Origin: Yuukianura sp. NJ FZ-2021
Lineage: Eukaryota
Direction: 5' to 3'
Length of the DNA: 64,000 nucleotides
Assembly (NCBI GenBank): GCA_046563655.1
Contig: JAJCTO010000014.1
Span: forward strand, 248,001-312,000
Under the pieces are notes generated by a model. It was not told the DNA's origin, ran no database searches, and saw nothing but the letters and a program-made list of their open reading frames with translations. Below, in pieces: positions 34,817 to 47,000 of this stretch. Position 1 is the stretch's first letter; every line of letters begins with the position of its first letter. Both the position numbers and the translations under genes were made by a program.

Positions 34817-35717
34817 ATGGGAAGCAATAGCGCTGGTGAGTATTTACTTATTGATACCAAAAGTTTCTTTTTGGATTTTATTCTTTTAAAATACTTTCAG
34901 AGGTTCCATCGCAAAAGGTAGGAGCGTTTCGGAGACGCTTGGATTTTGATGACGCAGATGAAGCTACACCGGCCGTCAGGAGTCGACGGGCCATTGACTT
35001 GTTGACCGGCGTCGCCAATCCAGGCCAGGACGTTGTGGAGGGAAGACCGCCGAACACTCCATTTATTTTCACTGAGGCATTCTCTGGGTTACCGATGAGT
35101 TATGTCAAAAAGGCAAAGCAACTGGAGCTTGGGCCAAAGAATGCGCAAGCGTTCTTTGGTGAATTGGGGCTCGTGGAAAAATTTGGGACTTCAACAACGT
35201 TTTACGCTCGGCTTGGATTTGACCCATTTTCTCAAAGTAAGAAAAAGAATGATTAGTTTCGGCTCATATTTTTAACTCTTCGTCTTTTCTTTTTCTTGCA
35301 GCGATGAAAATTTACATCCAAAAGCTAAACTCGAATGCGAGCCCAACGATCCTTGGAATTTTGTTTCGAGAAGTTGGTGTGATCCTGGATCAAATAAAAT
35401 CGACCTTGGCTGAGATTGACGAGTCTGTGAAGGCAGGAGCTCCCTTATTCAAGTACGAGCCGGGAACTCTGATTGAGCCCAAAGAGTTATCATTCTGGAC
35501 GCACGACGACGCTTGGTATAGCGAAACGATGAGATTTAGAATGCGCTTTGTCAACGTCCGGAGGGATAGATATTTTTTTTACCTCAATTCTCAAAGTGAT
35601 AACTCCAAATTTGACGGCTATTTTGGGCCAAAGTTAACGTTTTGTCGGGGAGACATTGATGGGTTTGTGAAGACAATGCAAAATATCATTGCTAAGGTTG
35701 ACCCTGAAGATTTGTAA
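34817..35717 (+). CDS. Hypothetical protein, 3 exons (34817-34835, 34901-35236, 35302-35717); possibly tandem PC4/PUR-like ssDNA-binding repeats
   Basis: GTGAGT..TTTCAG and GTAAGA..TTGCAG introns join two listed ORFs in frame. AATAAA follows the stop. Fold guess rests only on a repeated strands-then-helix pattern. Confidence 0.65.
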
Positions 35718-35879
35718 AGAAAGAAAAGTTTTCAATAAATGTATGGCTATCAGCCACTTTTTTCGTCTTCAAGGTTTAAGATGCATTTTTTTTTTGCCTC
35801 GTCGTCTACAGTATTTAAAGTCTGTAGTTTCCGAAGTTTTGCATTAGATCATTTTTCACTTCCAAAGAAAAAAATAGAA

Positions 35880-36185
35880 ATGGGATCCACGTTATCCAGA
35901 CCCTGCGAGCACGAGGATTGGGACACTTGTTTCTGTCCTCAGGAGGAAATATTCAACGACCAACGGACGGGAGGAGACTGGAGGCGACGATTGACACTGG
36001 AGGCCTTCTTCGTTTACGACCGCCTCAAGGCTACTTGGACTAATTTTTGGACGCGGCGTCGTAACCGCCCAATATACTGGAAGCCAGAAGAACCTGATGT
36101 AATGTCCCAATTTCTACACTACCGAAGCATGCACCGTCATGCCCAAATGCGGCTGCTCGAATTGAGTAAGGTTTTCCAAGCCTAA
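35880..36185 (+). CDS. Small hypothetical protein with N-myristoylation-like start (MGSTLS)
   Basis: ATG at 35880 in AAAATGG context. MGxxxS motif, CEHEDWDTCFC, Arg-rich. Confidence 0.45.
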   Translation: MGSTLSRPCEHEDWDTCFCPQEEIFNDQRTGGDWRRRLTLEAFFVYDRLKATWTNFWTRRRNRPIYWKPEEPDVMSQFLHYRSMHRHAQMRLLELSKVFQA

Positions 36186-36217
36186 TATGAGCCCATATAG
36201 CCAATTATATTGTCTTA

Positions 36218-36985
36218 CCGTATTTATTCTAATGTAAGCGCGCGCTTATAAGAATTTTTCCGAATTTGAGACGCGCTTCTATTAGAGTGCAAATTTAATA
36301 CCGGATTAATGTATTAATAACAGAGGTTGAATTTCGGTTTATGGATTGTCGTCTTCGCTCACGTCGCTTCCTCGCTTCCGGACTCTTTGGAGCTTATTGG
36401 CTTAAATTGAGCAATTCAACGATTTTCGACGGCGCATGTCTATCCCTCTTTCATACACGTTATTTTTTCATCTTCGCTTCCATTCGTTCGTAAATTGATA
36501 CCGCAGACTTGAAACGATTTTTTGAACTGCTCATTTAAAATTCCGTTGAACGCGCTAATTATCTATGAAATCTTAACATCTTTTAAAGGGGCCTTCAGAT
36601 TTCCGCGTTTTGTGTAGAATTTGTCCTCAGACTCCAATTATTCTTCGTAATATTCATACAATTTGTCTCTGAAGGGCTTGTTCCAGCAAACATCAGGCGC
36701 TTGAATATACTTTGTACAGCTCTAGGAATTATAGTGGTCAGAGTATTGAAGTCGTTCAAGTATTCTTTCGTCGTAGCACTAATATGGCCCTTATATGAGT
36801 CCCAAATCAACACTCGCGTGTTGATTTGGGAAAGTTAGGACTACCTAGCCATAGGTAGTCCTAACTTTCGGTTTAAACTGGACCTAATATACCGCGCTTA
36901 TGTCTCATTTTCACTTTTCGGAACCGCGCTTGCATTAGAGTGTGCGCTTCTATTAGAATGCGCGCTTACATTAGAATAAATACGG
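36218..36985 (-). mobile_element. Nested Tc1/mariner-superfamily (pogo-type) deletion derivative
   Basis: 26-bp perfect TIR CCGTATTTATTCTAATGTAAGCGCGC, TA TSD on both sides. Decayed transposase C-terminus LIWDSYKGH...IIP/CTKYIQAPDVCWNKPF...KSFQVCGI...NGSEDEKI. Confidence 0.92.
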
Positions 36986-37242
36986 TATTTTCAGTTGATT
37001 TTTTTTTACTTTCAGTTCTCTTTAATGCGGCCGACGAAGATCTCCAGCCATACCGTTATAATTATTGACCCTAGGACTATGCCAAATTTCATAATTTTGA
37101 GATTTGAAATAAACAAAAATGAAAGTATGGATTTCTTGTTTAAGCCTTCCTTCAATCCTTGGAAAAATCAATGTTTTTTTTGCAGCGAGTCAAAAAAAAA
37201 ATTAAATTGAAGAAAAGGAGAACATGGATAGTTTATTATTCA

Positions 37243-37907
37243 TCAAATTTCAGACATATCTGCTCCCAATTTCTTTTCTTCGTTCATTTCATACGTCTCA
37301 TACACAGTATGTGGTCCACAATATCCTCCAGGGAAGCGGAAAATTTCGGTTAGAGCTAGGACTTCAGTGTGGGGTCCATCTTCTCCTTCAACTGGCCACT
37401 TTGTATAATCCATTGAGTGCTTGTCTCGAATCACGAGGCATGTCGTACCTTTGTCATGATAAAGTTTGATTTTTGGCAGGTCGCTGACCCCCCCATCCCC
37501 CTGAAGAAAGAGTTGATACAGCTTCCCAATAAGTCTGGGAACCATTTCAAAATCCACCATGGCTGCCGTACCGTGTTGTTCGATCCGGAGTACTGGTGGA
37601 GTTGGACGATACGTTATTAGAGAGCAATCCAAAGTTTCCGGATGATTGATACACACTTTTGTCACTACTTTGTATTCCCCGCTCGCCTCATCAGGACAAG
37701 AGACGGATCTATACCAAGTAGATATCTTTGAGCTTCCCTCCATTGTTTTCCTAAGACTTTTAACTCTGACTTGAGTTGTGGGTGAGTAAAGTGAGACTGA
37801 GCGCCAGAGAACACAGTCAATTTATACCCCTTTCTCTCGGTGTAAACGACTCGTGTGAACGGAGAGATGGTATGGAGCATTGAGCTCCCCATGCCGTAGG
37901 AAGTCAT
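37243..37907 (-). CDS. Hypothetical protein(s): two overlapping ORFs (37907-37665, 37743-37243), possibly one frameshifted gene
   Basis: Protein-like composition in successive frames, divergent from the TATA at ~37957. No family recognised. Confidence 0.45.
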
Positions 37908-38018
37908 TGACCTTTCCGCATTTTCTCAAAAACGTTTGTGCTCGTTTTGGTTGGGTATATAAAGCGGTATAGACTTGGAAATGTGATCATTCCTTTTTTT
38001 AGGCTCAGCGATTTCAAA

Positions 38019-38482
38019 ATGCCGACGAAAAACTGTGCACCTCTGGCGGGTAGAATTTTAGAAATTGTAAGTTTTGAACTCTGACCTTAAAATTCTCTTT
38101 GTTCGTAGATTGTCCAAACAGACAGGAAAAGCCATTGGCTGAACTTTTGGACGAACTTGCCGAAGTGGATCCTGTCGTACGTCAGTTTGGCAGTGCCGTG
38201 CTGAAGCACCGCTGCTGGAACCGTAAGGGTCACCGTGACTGTTACGTCTACGATGCAGAACTTAACAAGGACAAGACAATGAATGAACTGGCAGCGGACC
38301 ATTCGGCCTATGTCCGGGAAGGGGATTTGGAAGAGTTCATGAAGGACATGAAGGCTCACTTGGTTCTTTCTGAACCTTGTATCTTGGGCTGTGGACGAAC
38401 CGGATCACAGTGTTTTGAAAATCCGTGCTTCTTGGTAAAGTCAATGGACTGGAACGACGAAGACGCTATGGATACCAACTGA
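38019..38482 (+). CDS. Hypothetical Cys/His-rich protein, 2 exons (38019-38049, 38109-38482)
   Basis: TATATAAA at ~37957. AAAATG start. 59-bp GTAGAA...CGTAG intron in frame with the listed ORF. Confidence 0.55.
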
Positions 38483-38614
38483 CCCCTGAGTCTTAGGCTT
38501 AAATAATTCTCGAAAATTCGGTCGTTTTTTAAATAAATTTGGTAAAAAGTCATACTCAGCCGGCAGTCGCCGTCATACACTGTCTTGTGTAATTTCTTTT
38601 GTAGGTTTTTTAGC

Positions 38615-39769
38615 ATGTCTGAAAGACAAATAAAGTCAGCCTATTTGAATAAAAAAGCAGTTGGAAGCTTTTCAGGTTTTCCGTCATTCTTAAAGTCGTC
38701 AGGTTTTTTAGACAAAGAGAAGGTCAAGCAAGCTTTGTCCGGAGTACCTGCATATTCTCTGCACAGGCCGCAAAGAAAGCCAAGGACCAGGCCAGTATTA
38801 ACGTTTTTTCCTATATGACGTTCGGAGTGGATCTTTTACAGTTGGATAAAAAGTCTGCCAAAAAAGAAAAGATTGGCTTCATTCTCATCTGCATGGACTT
38901 GTTTAGCCGCTTTGTGTGGACAGAGTTCTGTGTCAACAAGACAGCACGGGTCGTTCTAGAAGCCATAAAGAAAGTTTTCAAAAAAGCTGGGGTAAATGTC
39001 TTCTTTTCTCTCTCAAGTCCATTTAAAGTTTATCATTTTTTTTTTCTCAGCATCTGCCGCATTTCTTGGCTTCTGATTTTGGAAAAGAATTCAAGAATAA
39101 AAGCCTTTTGAAATATTTGGAAGCCAATGACATTCACAGTTATTCGCCGAGAACTGCGAGAAAAGTTTCACAAGTAGAACGTGTAATTCAAACGTTAAGA
39201 AGAAACTTGACCCGGGCTCAATTTGCCAATCCAAAGTCTTCTATGAAAACTCTATGGCCGGACATTGTTTCAAATTACAATAAAACGGTGCATTCAACCC
39301 TGAAAATGACCCCCACGGAGGCTATTGACCCCAAAAACAAAACTACAGTTTTTATAAACGTCTACGACAAACTAATTAATTCCAAACCCGAGAAGCCAAA
39401 ATTCAAGGTAACAGTTAAACATTCCCTTTGTCCTATAAAAACATGTCTCTTCTTTCCAGGTGAATCAGCTCGTGAGGGTCGCAAAAAAACGTCTAACTTT
39501 TGAAAAAGCTTCAACGTCACAATCGTACTCTACGGACATCTTTCGGTAAAAAACGAATTTGCCCAATTTTGGGATGTCAACAAAGTGTCCTTTTTTATAG
39601 GATTCGAAAGGCAATCAGCGCAGTGCCTCCATTCTACTACCTTGAGACGCTGAAAAAGGAGGAAATTAAAGGTAATCATTTTAGACGGATTTTGGAAGTT
39701 GACAACGATACATCTAATTCTTTTTTAGGAAGTTTCTTGAACGAAGATTTGACCCCAGTGACTGCATAA
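38615..39769 (+). CDS. DDE integrase (Polinton-2), 5 exons, one apparent 1-nt frameshift near 38805-38815
   Basis: Introns 38992-39050, 39408-39459, 39546-39600 and 39672-39728 restore FGVDLL...CMDLFSRF...LASDFGKEF...VERVIQTL...YNKTVHSTLKMTP...KFK/VNQLVRVAKKRLTFEK...IF/RI...IK/GSFLNEDL. Confidence 0.9.
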
Positions 39770-39771
39770 AA

Positions 39772-40881
39772 ATGTACCCGTTTTCACGCTTCGTGACCCT
39801 AGGTTCCACTTCATTTCCCTCGTTCTTCCCTTCAAACAATACAAGTTCTTTTCGAAATAGGCTTTTGGACAGTATTACTTTGCAAAAGAATCTCCCGCTT
39901 GAAGTTGCAGTGTGTAATTTGTGGTACCCCGCAACGCCAGACACTGGAAAATATACGATTTTTGGCCATGAATCCGACGACAATGTCGTTTCCGTGGTTC
40001 AACGCTTTGAATCGAGCATGGAAGTGTTTCGAGCCGAAAGTGAAAGTTATATTGAAACAATGAACAAATGCAATACGAATTTTGCAATATTCAACAACAA
40101 GCTGACATTCCTGTTGGAAGTACAAGATGGAAGGGACTTTTTAATATTTCGCAACAATGACACTGGCTACGACGTGAAAATTCCAGAAGTCTATGCGTAT
40201 GCTCTCGGATTTACAAAAAATGTGTTTGGCCAAGGTGAAACCGATGCCCCATTGTCTCCAAACCAAACTGCTTTGGACGCCATCGACATTTCAGAGCCGC
40301 TCAAGTTCACTGTTTTTCGTGAAGTCAGTTCTACCGTAAAGGTCAATGAACCCAATGTCAAGACTGTCGAAGGCCTAGTCAGTGAAATCAATGCGGCTTT
40401 GAAACAGTTGGAAATTTCATTTTCCTACGACGGAAGCAAACTCAGCGTCAACGGCGTCTCCGGAAGAGGCTATAGTGTTCGTCTCTCGGAATTTCTTGAA
40501 AAAACGTTTGGCCTCAAAACTCCATGTTGGTTTAGCTTCAACAACACTTCATCCCCGACAATCGCCAACATTGACCTGGATATACATCACAACAATGTGA
40601 TTGTGCTCTGCGATGCTGTTAAACCGCAGGAATTCAAATCCAAGGCAGTCCGGCACATGAGCATTTTGCCAAGGCGAGATTTGAAAAAAGAGGAAGGAGT
40701 TAGAATTGTACACGAAACCCCACGGCCACTGCTATACTTTCCTGTTGACATGGACCGGAAGGAAATTAATGAAATTGGAATCGATCTCGTTTTTGAAAAT
40801 TTGGAACCAATCCCTCCAGCTAACGATTTATATTCCGCGGTGTACTTCACTTTCAAAATAAAACTTTATAAATATAAATAA
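39772..40881 (+). CDS. Minor capsid/penton-like protein (PZ), divergent, intronless
   Basis: FVTLGSTSFPSFFPSNNTSSFRNRL...LEVAVCNLWYP and IVLCDAVKPQ...PLLYFPV...INEIGIDL align by eye to Polinton-1 PZ. Follows the integrase as in element 1. Confidence 0.85.
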   Translation: MYPFSRFVTLGSTSFPSFFPSNNTSSFRNRLLDSITLQKNLPLEVAVCNLWYPATPDTGKYTIFGHESDDNVVSVVQRFESSMEVFRAESESYIETMNKCNTNFAIFNNKLTFLLEVQDGRDFLIFRNNDTGYDVKIPEVYAYALGFTKNVFGQGETDAPLSPNQTALDAIDISEPLKFTVFREVSSTVKVNEPNVKTVEGLVSEINAALKQLEISFSYDGSKLSVNGVSGRGYSVRLSEFLEKTFGLKTPCWFSFNNTSSPTIANIDLDIHHNNVIVLCDAVKPQEFKSKAVRHMSILPRRDLKKEEGVRIVHETPRPLLYFPVDMDRKEINEIGIDLVFENLEPIPPANDLYSAVYFTFKIKLYKYK

Positions 40882-40932
40882 TCTGCTGCATTAGTTAGTC
40901 GTCATTTGACTTTCGTTGGAGCCAGAGGCCAC

Positions 40933-41289
40933 ATGCTTGAAGTTGTGTGTGAAGGTGAAGGTTGTAAGCTTTTGAAAAGAATGGACGGAGAAAAGACTCG
41001 CCAGGTTGGGTACGGGGCGTTGACCCCTGTAGTTTTACCAAATTCAATTCCATTCCAGAGTGTGAAAAAGGCTAAAAAGGGTAAAAAGAACGGTGCTTCA
41101 GAAATGACAGGAGAAGGACGAAAAAAATCCAAAGGCCGTAAAAAGACTGGAGCTGCTAAAAGAAAAGGAAAAGCACCCCAAAAGAAAGTGTCCGCGGTGG
41201 AAACTTCTGCTTCTAAAAAGAAAACTCCTCAAAAGAAAAAGATCGGCTGTGGACCAACGAAACAAGCCAAGCCAAAATCGTTTAAATAG
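40933..41289 (+). CDS. Lys-rich basic core-like protein
   Basis: QVGYG, MTGEG and IGCG motifs, very Lys-rich. Lies immediately upstream of the MCP like PX in element 1. Confidence 0.65.
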   Translation: MLEVVCEGEGCKLLKRMDGEKTRQVGYGALTPVVLPNSIPFQSVKKAKKGKKNGASEMTGEGRKKSKGRKKTGAAKRKGKAPQKKVSAVETSASKKKTPQKKKIGCGPTKQAKPKSFK

Positions 41290-41352
41290 AAGAACCATTT
41301 ACAACATTCCTCAGTCTTGTGTCCAGCGTTAGTCGGTAGAGTCAGTCTCAAA

Positions 41353-42653
41353 ATGGCTTCAGTAAACACGCTTCCGGGTACAAAGCCCAACTACGTTTCC
41401 CAACTCGATCTATTTTCAGTTCCCCCGACTGACATTAGTGTGCAACAAACAGAGTTCATCAAGATTATTCCAGTGAATACTGTAAAAGAAAATCCTCAAA
41501 TCACGTTCAACATTGGGCAGTTTCAATTCCCGCCCAACGTTTACTTGGATTTCTCATCATCATACCTCTACCTTAAATGTAAAGTGCTCACTGCAAGTGG
41601 AGAAACGCTTCCGGACAATGCCGACGTTGCTATTAGCAACATGATGTTCTACACAATCTTTGACTCTTGCATTGTCACCGTCGGCGGCGTTCAAATGAGT
41701 GAGTACCCACAGAGTTACAGTTACAGAGGAATTCTGTCGCATCTCCTGGGCTACAGTCAAGAGCTCAAAACGAGCCTCCTGTCATCAATTGCCTACTACC
41801 CAGATTCCAAACAGGATGTCTTTGACGCAACAAACACTGGATATACGAAAAGAAAAGCCATTTGTGCCGGGTCAAAGACCTTTGATTTATTTGGAAAAAT
41901 CTCATGTTCATTGTGTGAACTCCAACGATGGATTCCTTCGGGACTAAAAATTGAACTTACGCTGACTAAAAGCTCAGCCCTCTTCTGCTTGGACACGCCC
42001 ACCGACACAAAGTATACGTATTCCATTGAAGATGCCGTCTTTCATCTCAAGGCACATACAATTAGCCCTCGAATCTACTCTAATCATCAGCAGCTATTCA
42101 ACCATGGAAAAAAAGCAATCTACAGTTACCGAGAAATTGAAATTGAAAGAAACACAATCGCTTCCGGAACTGTCAGCTTCACCTCGGACCGGCTTTTTCT
42201 TCGGAGGATGCCTACGATTGTTGCAATTGCGTTTGTGAAATAAAATCGTTTCGGGGAAGCTACAAGAATAGTGCCCAGAATTTTGCCGACTTTGGCGTAA
42301 CGTCAGTCAGCGTCAGAACAGAAGAATTTGTTCCATTTTACAGAGAACTCGTCTGTAATTACGCTGCAAACCTGTACATGGAACCATTCGTGGCTCTTTT
42401 TGATACACTCGGTTCTTTTGGAAACGGAATTTCCCGCGAGAATTTCAAACTTGGCAACGCCGTCTACCTTTTCCAACTTTCTGAAGCTGCAGTCTCGAAC
42501 AATGACCTCCTTCCTGCGCGTGAAGGGCCCGTCCGTGTAACAGCAGTCTTTGCTGAAGCCCTGAACGAGCCAGTCGAGTTGATTGTGCTGGGAACTTTTC
42601 AAAACGTTTTAACAATTGACAAAAACAGAAACGCCCAAGTTCTTAAAACTTGA
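41353..42653 (+). CDS. Major capsid protein (PY), one 1-nt frameshift at ~42240
   Basis: SQLDLFSVPPT...YLDFSSSYL...YSYRG...MPTIVAIAFVK, then in the next frame SFRGSYKNSAQNF...LTIDKNR. Adding one base gives 433 aa, the same length as the element-1 MCP. Confidence 0.9.
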
Positions 42654-42655
42654 GG

Positions 42656-43242
42656 ATGAACGGGACGGAACTGGAGGAAGCAATGGCGTGTATAAAAGAG
42701 TGCTCTGACTCAAAAATTCGAACTTTTGTTACTTCTAATGATGGAATTAGTCTTCTAAACCCACGCCCCCCATTCTGCTGTATACAAAATACCGGATTAA
42801 CTTCTTCTCCAGGTAAATACTCTAGGTAAAAAAAATATGTAAACGCAAGAGATTTATTTTTTGTTTTAATTTAGGAATTCATTGGGTTCTCTGGGCGCAC
42901 TTGGAGCAAGGCCAGTTGGTTTTTTTTGACAGTTTTGGGAAATTGCCTAGCGATTACAACCTATCTCTTCCTTACGGCCCGTGCACTATAATTTCAGAAT
43001 GGAACACTAAAAAACTACAAAGGGATGACAGTGCAACGTGCGGCATGTTCTGCTTAAAAGTCTTTCAAGAGTTGAGCAGCGGAAAGGATTTGTGTACCTC
43101 CTTAAGTATATTTAGTCCTAAAAACTTAAACAAAAACGAAAAAATTGTATCCGATTTTTATAGCAGTTTAAGAATCTGTACGAACAGGGGTCAATCAGGG
43201 TCATCCCAGACATGCTATTCTTATTGCGATTGGCTAAAATAA
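42656..43242 (+). CDS. Adenain-like cysteine protease, 2 exons (42656-42812, 42875-43242)
   Basis: MNGTELEEAM...IQNTGLTSSP/GIHWV...FFDSFG...LQRDDSATCGMFC. 62-bp GTAAAT...TTTAG intron. Confidence 0.9.
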
Positions 43243-43334
43243 CTTTTTACTGTGAATAAAATATAAATATCCTACAATTTCTTGACGATTGTTTCAGTAT
43301 TCATTTCACTCATTTTGAGTCAACAAGTAGTGTA

Positions 43335-44001
43335 ATGGCTCTCTGCAGTTTCCTCTTGTTGTGTTTACTAATCTCAGCGTCATCAGGCAAGTAACCAATT
43401 TCCTTCTCCATGGTCATTTTTTTGTGATTCTTTTCTTTTTGGAAGCAGGAGAGCAAAAAACTCTCCAAGAGCGCTGTAGGAACTGCATCTCAGGCGGTCA
43501 TGTATTTATCAAAGGATGGCATTTCAATTCGATTCAAAACTTTTTTTGCACAAATGACTTGACCCGGAACCTCCCGGGAACACTCATTATGGGCGCAACT
43601 AACGTCACAGCCAATTGCGATTCCCACCAACAAGATACGGATGGAACCGTTTATGGAACGTTGTTTGCTGATAATTTCAGCAATGGGACGGCGCTAAAAG
43701 ACATTTCGAATTTATTGAGAGCGATGACCGGCTGCAAGAGGCAACAAAAGTATGAACCCGCCTCCCAACTTCCAGTATTACAAGCTATTCTGGGTATGCT
43801 ACACCTTATAGTCTGGTCGCCTATATGCATTAATTGTTTTATTTATCCACAGCCTTGTCCTGCGTGACTTTTGCCGCCGCCGTCGCAAACGTCTTGGGGT
43901 GGAGTTTGGGAGGTCAGTGCCATGGTAGCCAATCCCGCGGGACATTCGGCAGTGTATTTAACGTCGCTCTCCGTCGATCCCCCCGTCAGTCCGAAGTCTG
44001 A
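43335..44001 (+). CDS. Putative type I membrane glycoprotein B, 3 exons (43335-43386, 43449-43793, 43853-44001)
   Basis: Signal peptide MALCSFLLLCLLISASS, GC-AG intron (GCAAGT), ectodomain CRNC...C...C with NVT/NFS/NGT sequons, TM LPVLQAILALSCVTFAAAVANVLGW, tail ending SEV. Confidence 0.65.
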
Positions 44002-44058
44002 GCCTGGGAATAGCTTTAGAAAATTTTTTCAGTTTCGTTTTTTTTAAGTTTGAATAAA

Positions 44059-47000
44059 ATGGGTTTTCTGAATAAACGGGCAGCAGAGGTAAAAAAAATT
44101 CTAAGCCGTCTTATTATTGTTGTTTCACAAAAATTTTTATTTATAGTTTAGTTGCGGTTATCAAAGTGCTACGTTGCACTGCCCTTTCAAGTGCTCGACC
44201 TACAAGGCCATGGCCATCCATGTGGAAACTGTAAGACATTACTTTTAGTATGCGGAAAGATGTGAAACTTTCACTTTTGATGCAGGTACATAGCTGTAAT
44301 TCTTGTGGAGGGTACTTTGATGAGGCTAGTCTTCACCGTCCAATCTGCCCTCAGAGAGGCATGGGCCGTACAGCGAACAATGACCTCGCTACGGTGGACA
44401 TCCGCCCTTTCAAAGAAATCCGCCATGCTCTCAAGGGGACTTTGAAGTTGTTTTCTGCACCCGTTGAGCCACCCACCGAATGTCAAGTACTCTCCGTTTT
44501 TGAAAACCTCGACTTTCCTATTAGAAAGTTACTGAAATCCGTGATTGGGCAGTACAGCGGAGTCAAAGTCAACTTTACTTTAATTGCTGACATGATTGAG
44601 GTCACACACAATGTCATTCACCTCGGAGACGCCATCGGAGCTCCTTTCATGCCTCTTTCTCATCCCGATTTCATTTCAAGGGTGGTTACAAACTCTTGCG
44701 TATACATCATTAACGCCCTCAACTTATACCTAGAAAACGGAAGCAATTGGCAAATTCTACGGCTACGTTCTCTCAACATTGGTATTGGTCAGTGGAGTCC
44801 AATTGTTCGAGGGCGGGGCTACATTCCGATTCCAAAGGAATTGGCTCGGAGGCGCGGACTGCTGTCGATAAATACCAATTCCAACTGTTTTCAATTGAGC
44901 GTACTATGTGCACTATACGAAGATGAAATTTTGGAGTTGGGAAGAATGAAGCGGCACTGTCTTGGGCTCAAGGATCACCAAAATTCAAAAGTTGAGAGAG
45001 CAATTTTAGAAAAAACAGCAAGTTATGAAGCCTTTTTAGAGAGATTGGATCTGAGCTTTCTCCCTCGCTCTGACGTTTCTCTTTTGGACATTGACTTGGT
45101 CGAAGAGAAATTCCCAGAACTTAGCATCACCGTATACGGAAACCAGGGATCGGACATTGTTCTGTGGCGTGCACCACAAACTGAGAGAGCGAATCACGTC
45201 AATCTCCTACTAATCAAGCACCCAGAACGAGAAGAACATCACTTTGTTTGCATTCGGGACATTTCGGCACTTCTCGGAAAAATGGGTAATTACAGACACC
45301 AATTTTGTCCTGTCTGTCAAAAACGTTTTGACTCTAGGACTTGGTCTTCCGTAAACCATACATGTGGTGAAAACTCTGTAAAAGTAAAAGTACCTACGAA
45401 TGATATTGTCAAATTTCGCAAGTTTGATGCCCTCCTAAAAGCTCCTTACATTTTTTTCTACAAATTCTTCTACATCTCTGTCCAAACTCCGATGACCATT
45501 GGACAAGAATGTATCAGTGTTACTGAAAAAGCTCCAATTGCGTTCAGTCTAGTGAGTATATGTGAAACAGGACACGTAGACCGCCACTCTTACATCGGAA
45601 AAGACTGTGTGGACGTTTTCTTTAAAACTGCAATGGAAATGGCGAAGATGAAGCTGGACGAAATTAAATTTACAAACAAGATGCTTCAGATGACAGAAGA
45701 ACAGGAAAGGCTTTTTCTGCAAGCGACACATTGCGAAATTTGTGGAAAACAATTCAACGACGTTTCTGTGCTTAAGGCTTACCACCATAACCATTTCACA
45801 GGAGAGAAGATGCAGACATGTTGCACAAACTGCAACTTGGAAATCAAACCAAAGAACCGTATTACAGCGATTGCATTTTGTGAAAAAAATGAGTTTAATT
45901 TTTTGCTAAAATGCGTGAAAGATGAGCACGGAATTGCCACGCCAATTCGTAGAAAGGAAGGCAATACAATAGGCATGGACTTGAGAAAAACCATTTGTAA
46001 ACAAAAGTATGACCTTTACTTTGGGGTCAAATTTGTGGATTTTCAAAATTTTCGTCCAGACTCTCCTCTCTCAGATCTTGTACAGGAGCTGAAGATGTCA
46101 GGCATTGGATTTCCAATCTTTCAAAAAATTTTTGGCCAACAACTTTCTCCCGACGCTACACTAACTGCCGCAGACGACATTCTCCCCGAATTTTCATCGG
46201 TTGATAATTTTTTCGAAAACCAATCCGTGCCGTTCGTGAGTCTAGAAGGTTCGAGTAAATTCCAACTTCCTGACTCTTGGAAACAACTCTCCTTGGAAGC
46301 CATAGTTCGGCATAAACTTAACAGTGTCGCTGCTCTAACGGCAGACGTTTTCCAAGCGATTCGAAACGAATATTGGAAAGAGTTTCATTTGGATCTGGCT
46401 TCCTTTTGGAGCATTTCTTCATTTTCAAGAGAAGCCGCATTCCTAATGGAAAAGTGTGTAATTCAAGCCGTCACGGACGAAGAAATTTCAAAACTAATTA
46501 CACGAGGAATTATTGGCCCTGTGATTCAAGTTACAAAGTTGAAGTCTATTGCCAACAATGAAGAGCTCTCCAACTATGACCATACCCTTCCACAAAAAAT
46601 AATTTTTTATGCTGACATTAACTCCTGTTACAGCAAGTGCTTCTTGGGTAATTTACCGTGCGGAGACTACAAAAAATTGAGAGCAGAGGAGATCATGAAG
46701 TTTGATTTCAACAAACCAGATTTTGACGAAGGCTGGGGTTACCTCTTTGAAGTCGACCTTGAATATCAAAGTGAAGCAGTGAAAGAGTTCCTTTCAGACT
46801 TTCCCTTCCCGCAACAGAGACTCAAGGTTTCTGCTCAAGAGCTTTCTGCATTCCAGCAGGAGAGTTTGGGAGAAAAAACAAACATTGAACAAGAGCGAGT
46901 GCTTCTGACCCTCTACAAAAAAATACGACAAGTCTACTACGGAAAGTACCTCAAGTTCATGATTGACCATGGCGCAAAAGCAACAAAGTACTATTCAGTA

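Noticed and set aside
42235..42250. Programmed ribosomal frameshift in the MCP
   Set aside because: No canonical slippery heptamer or obvious stimulatory structure; a simple indel explains it.
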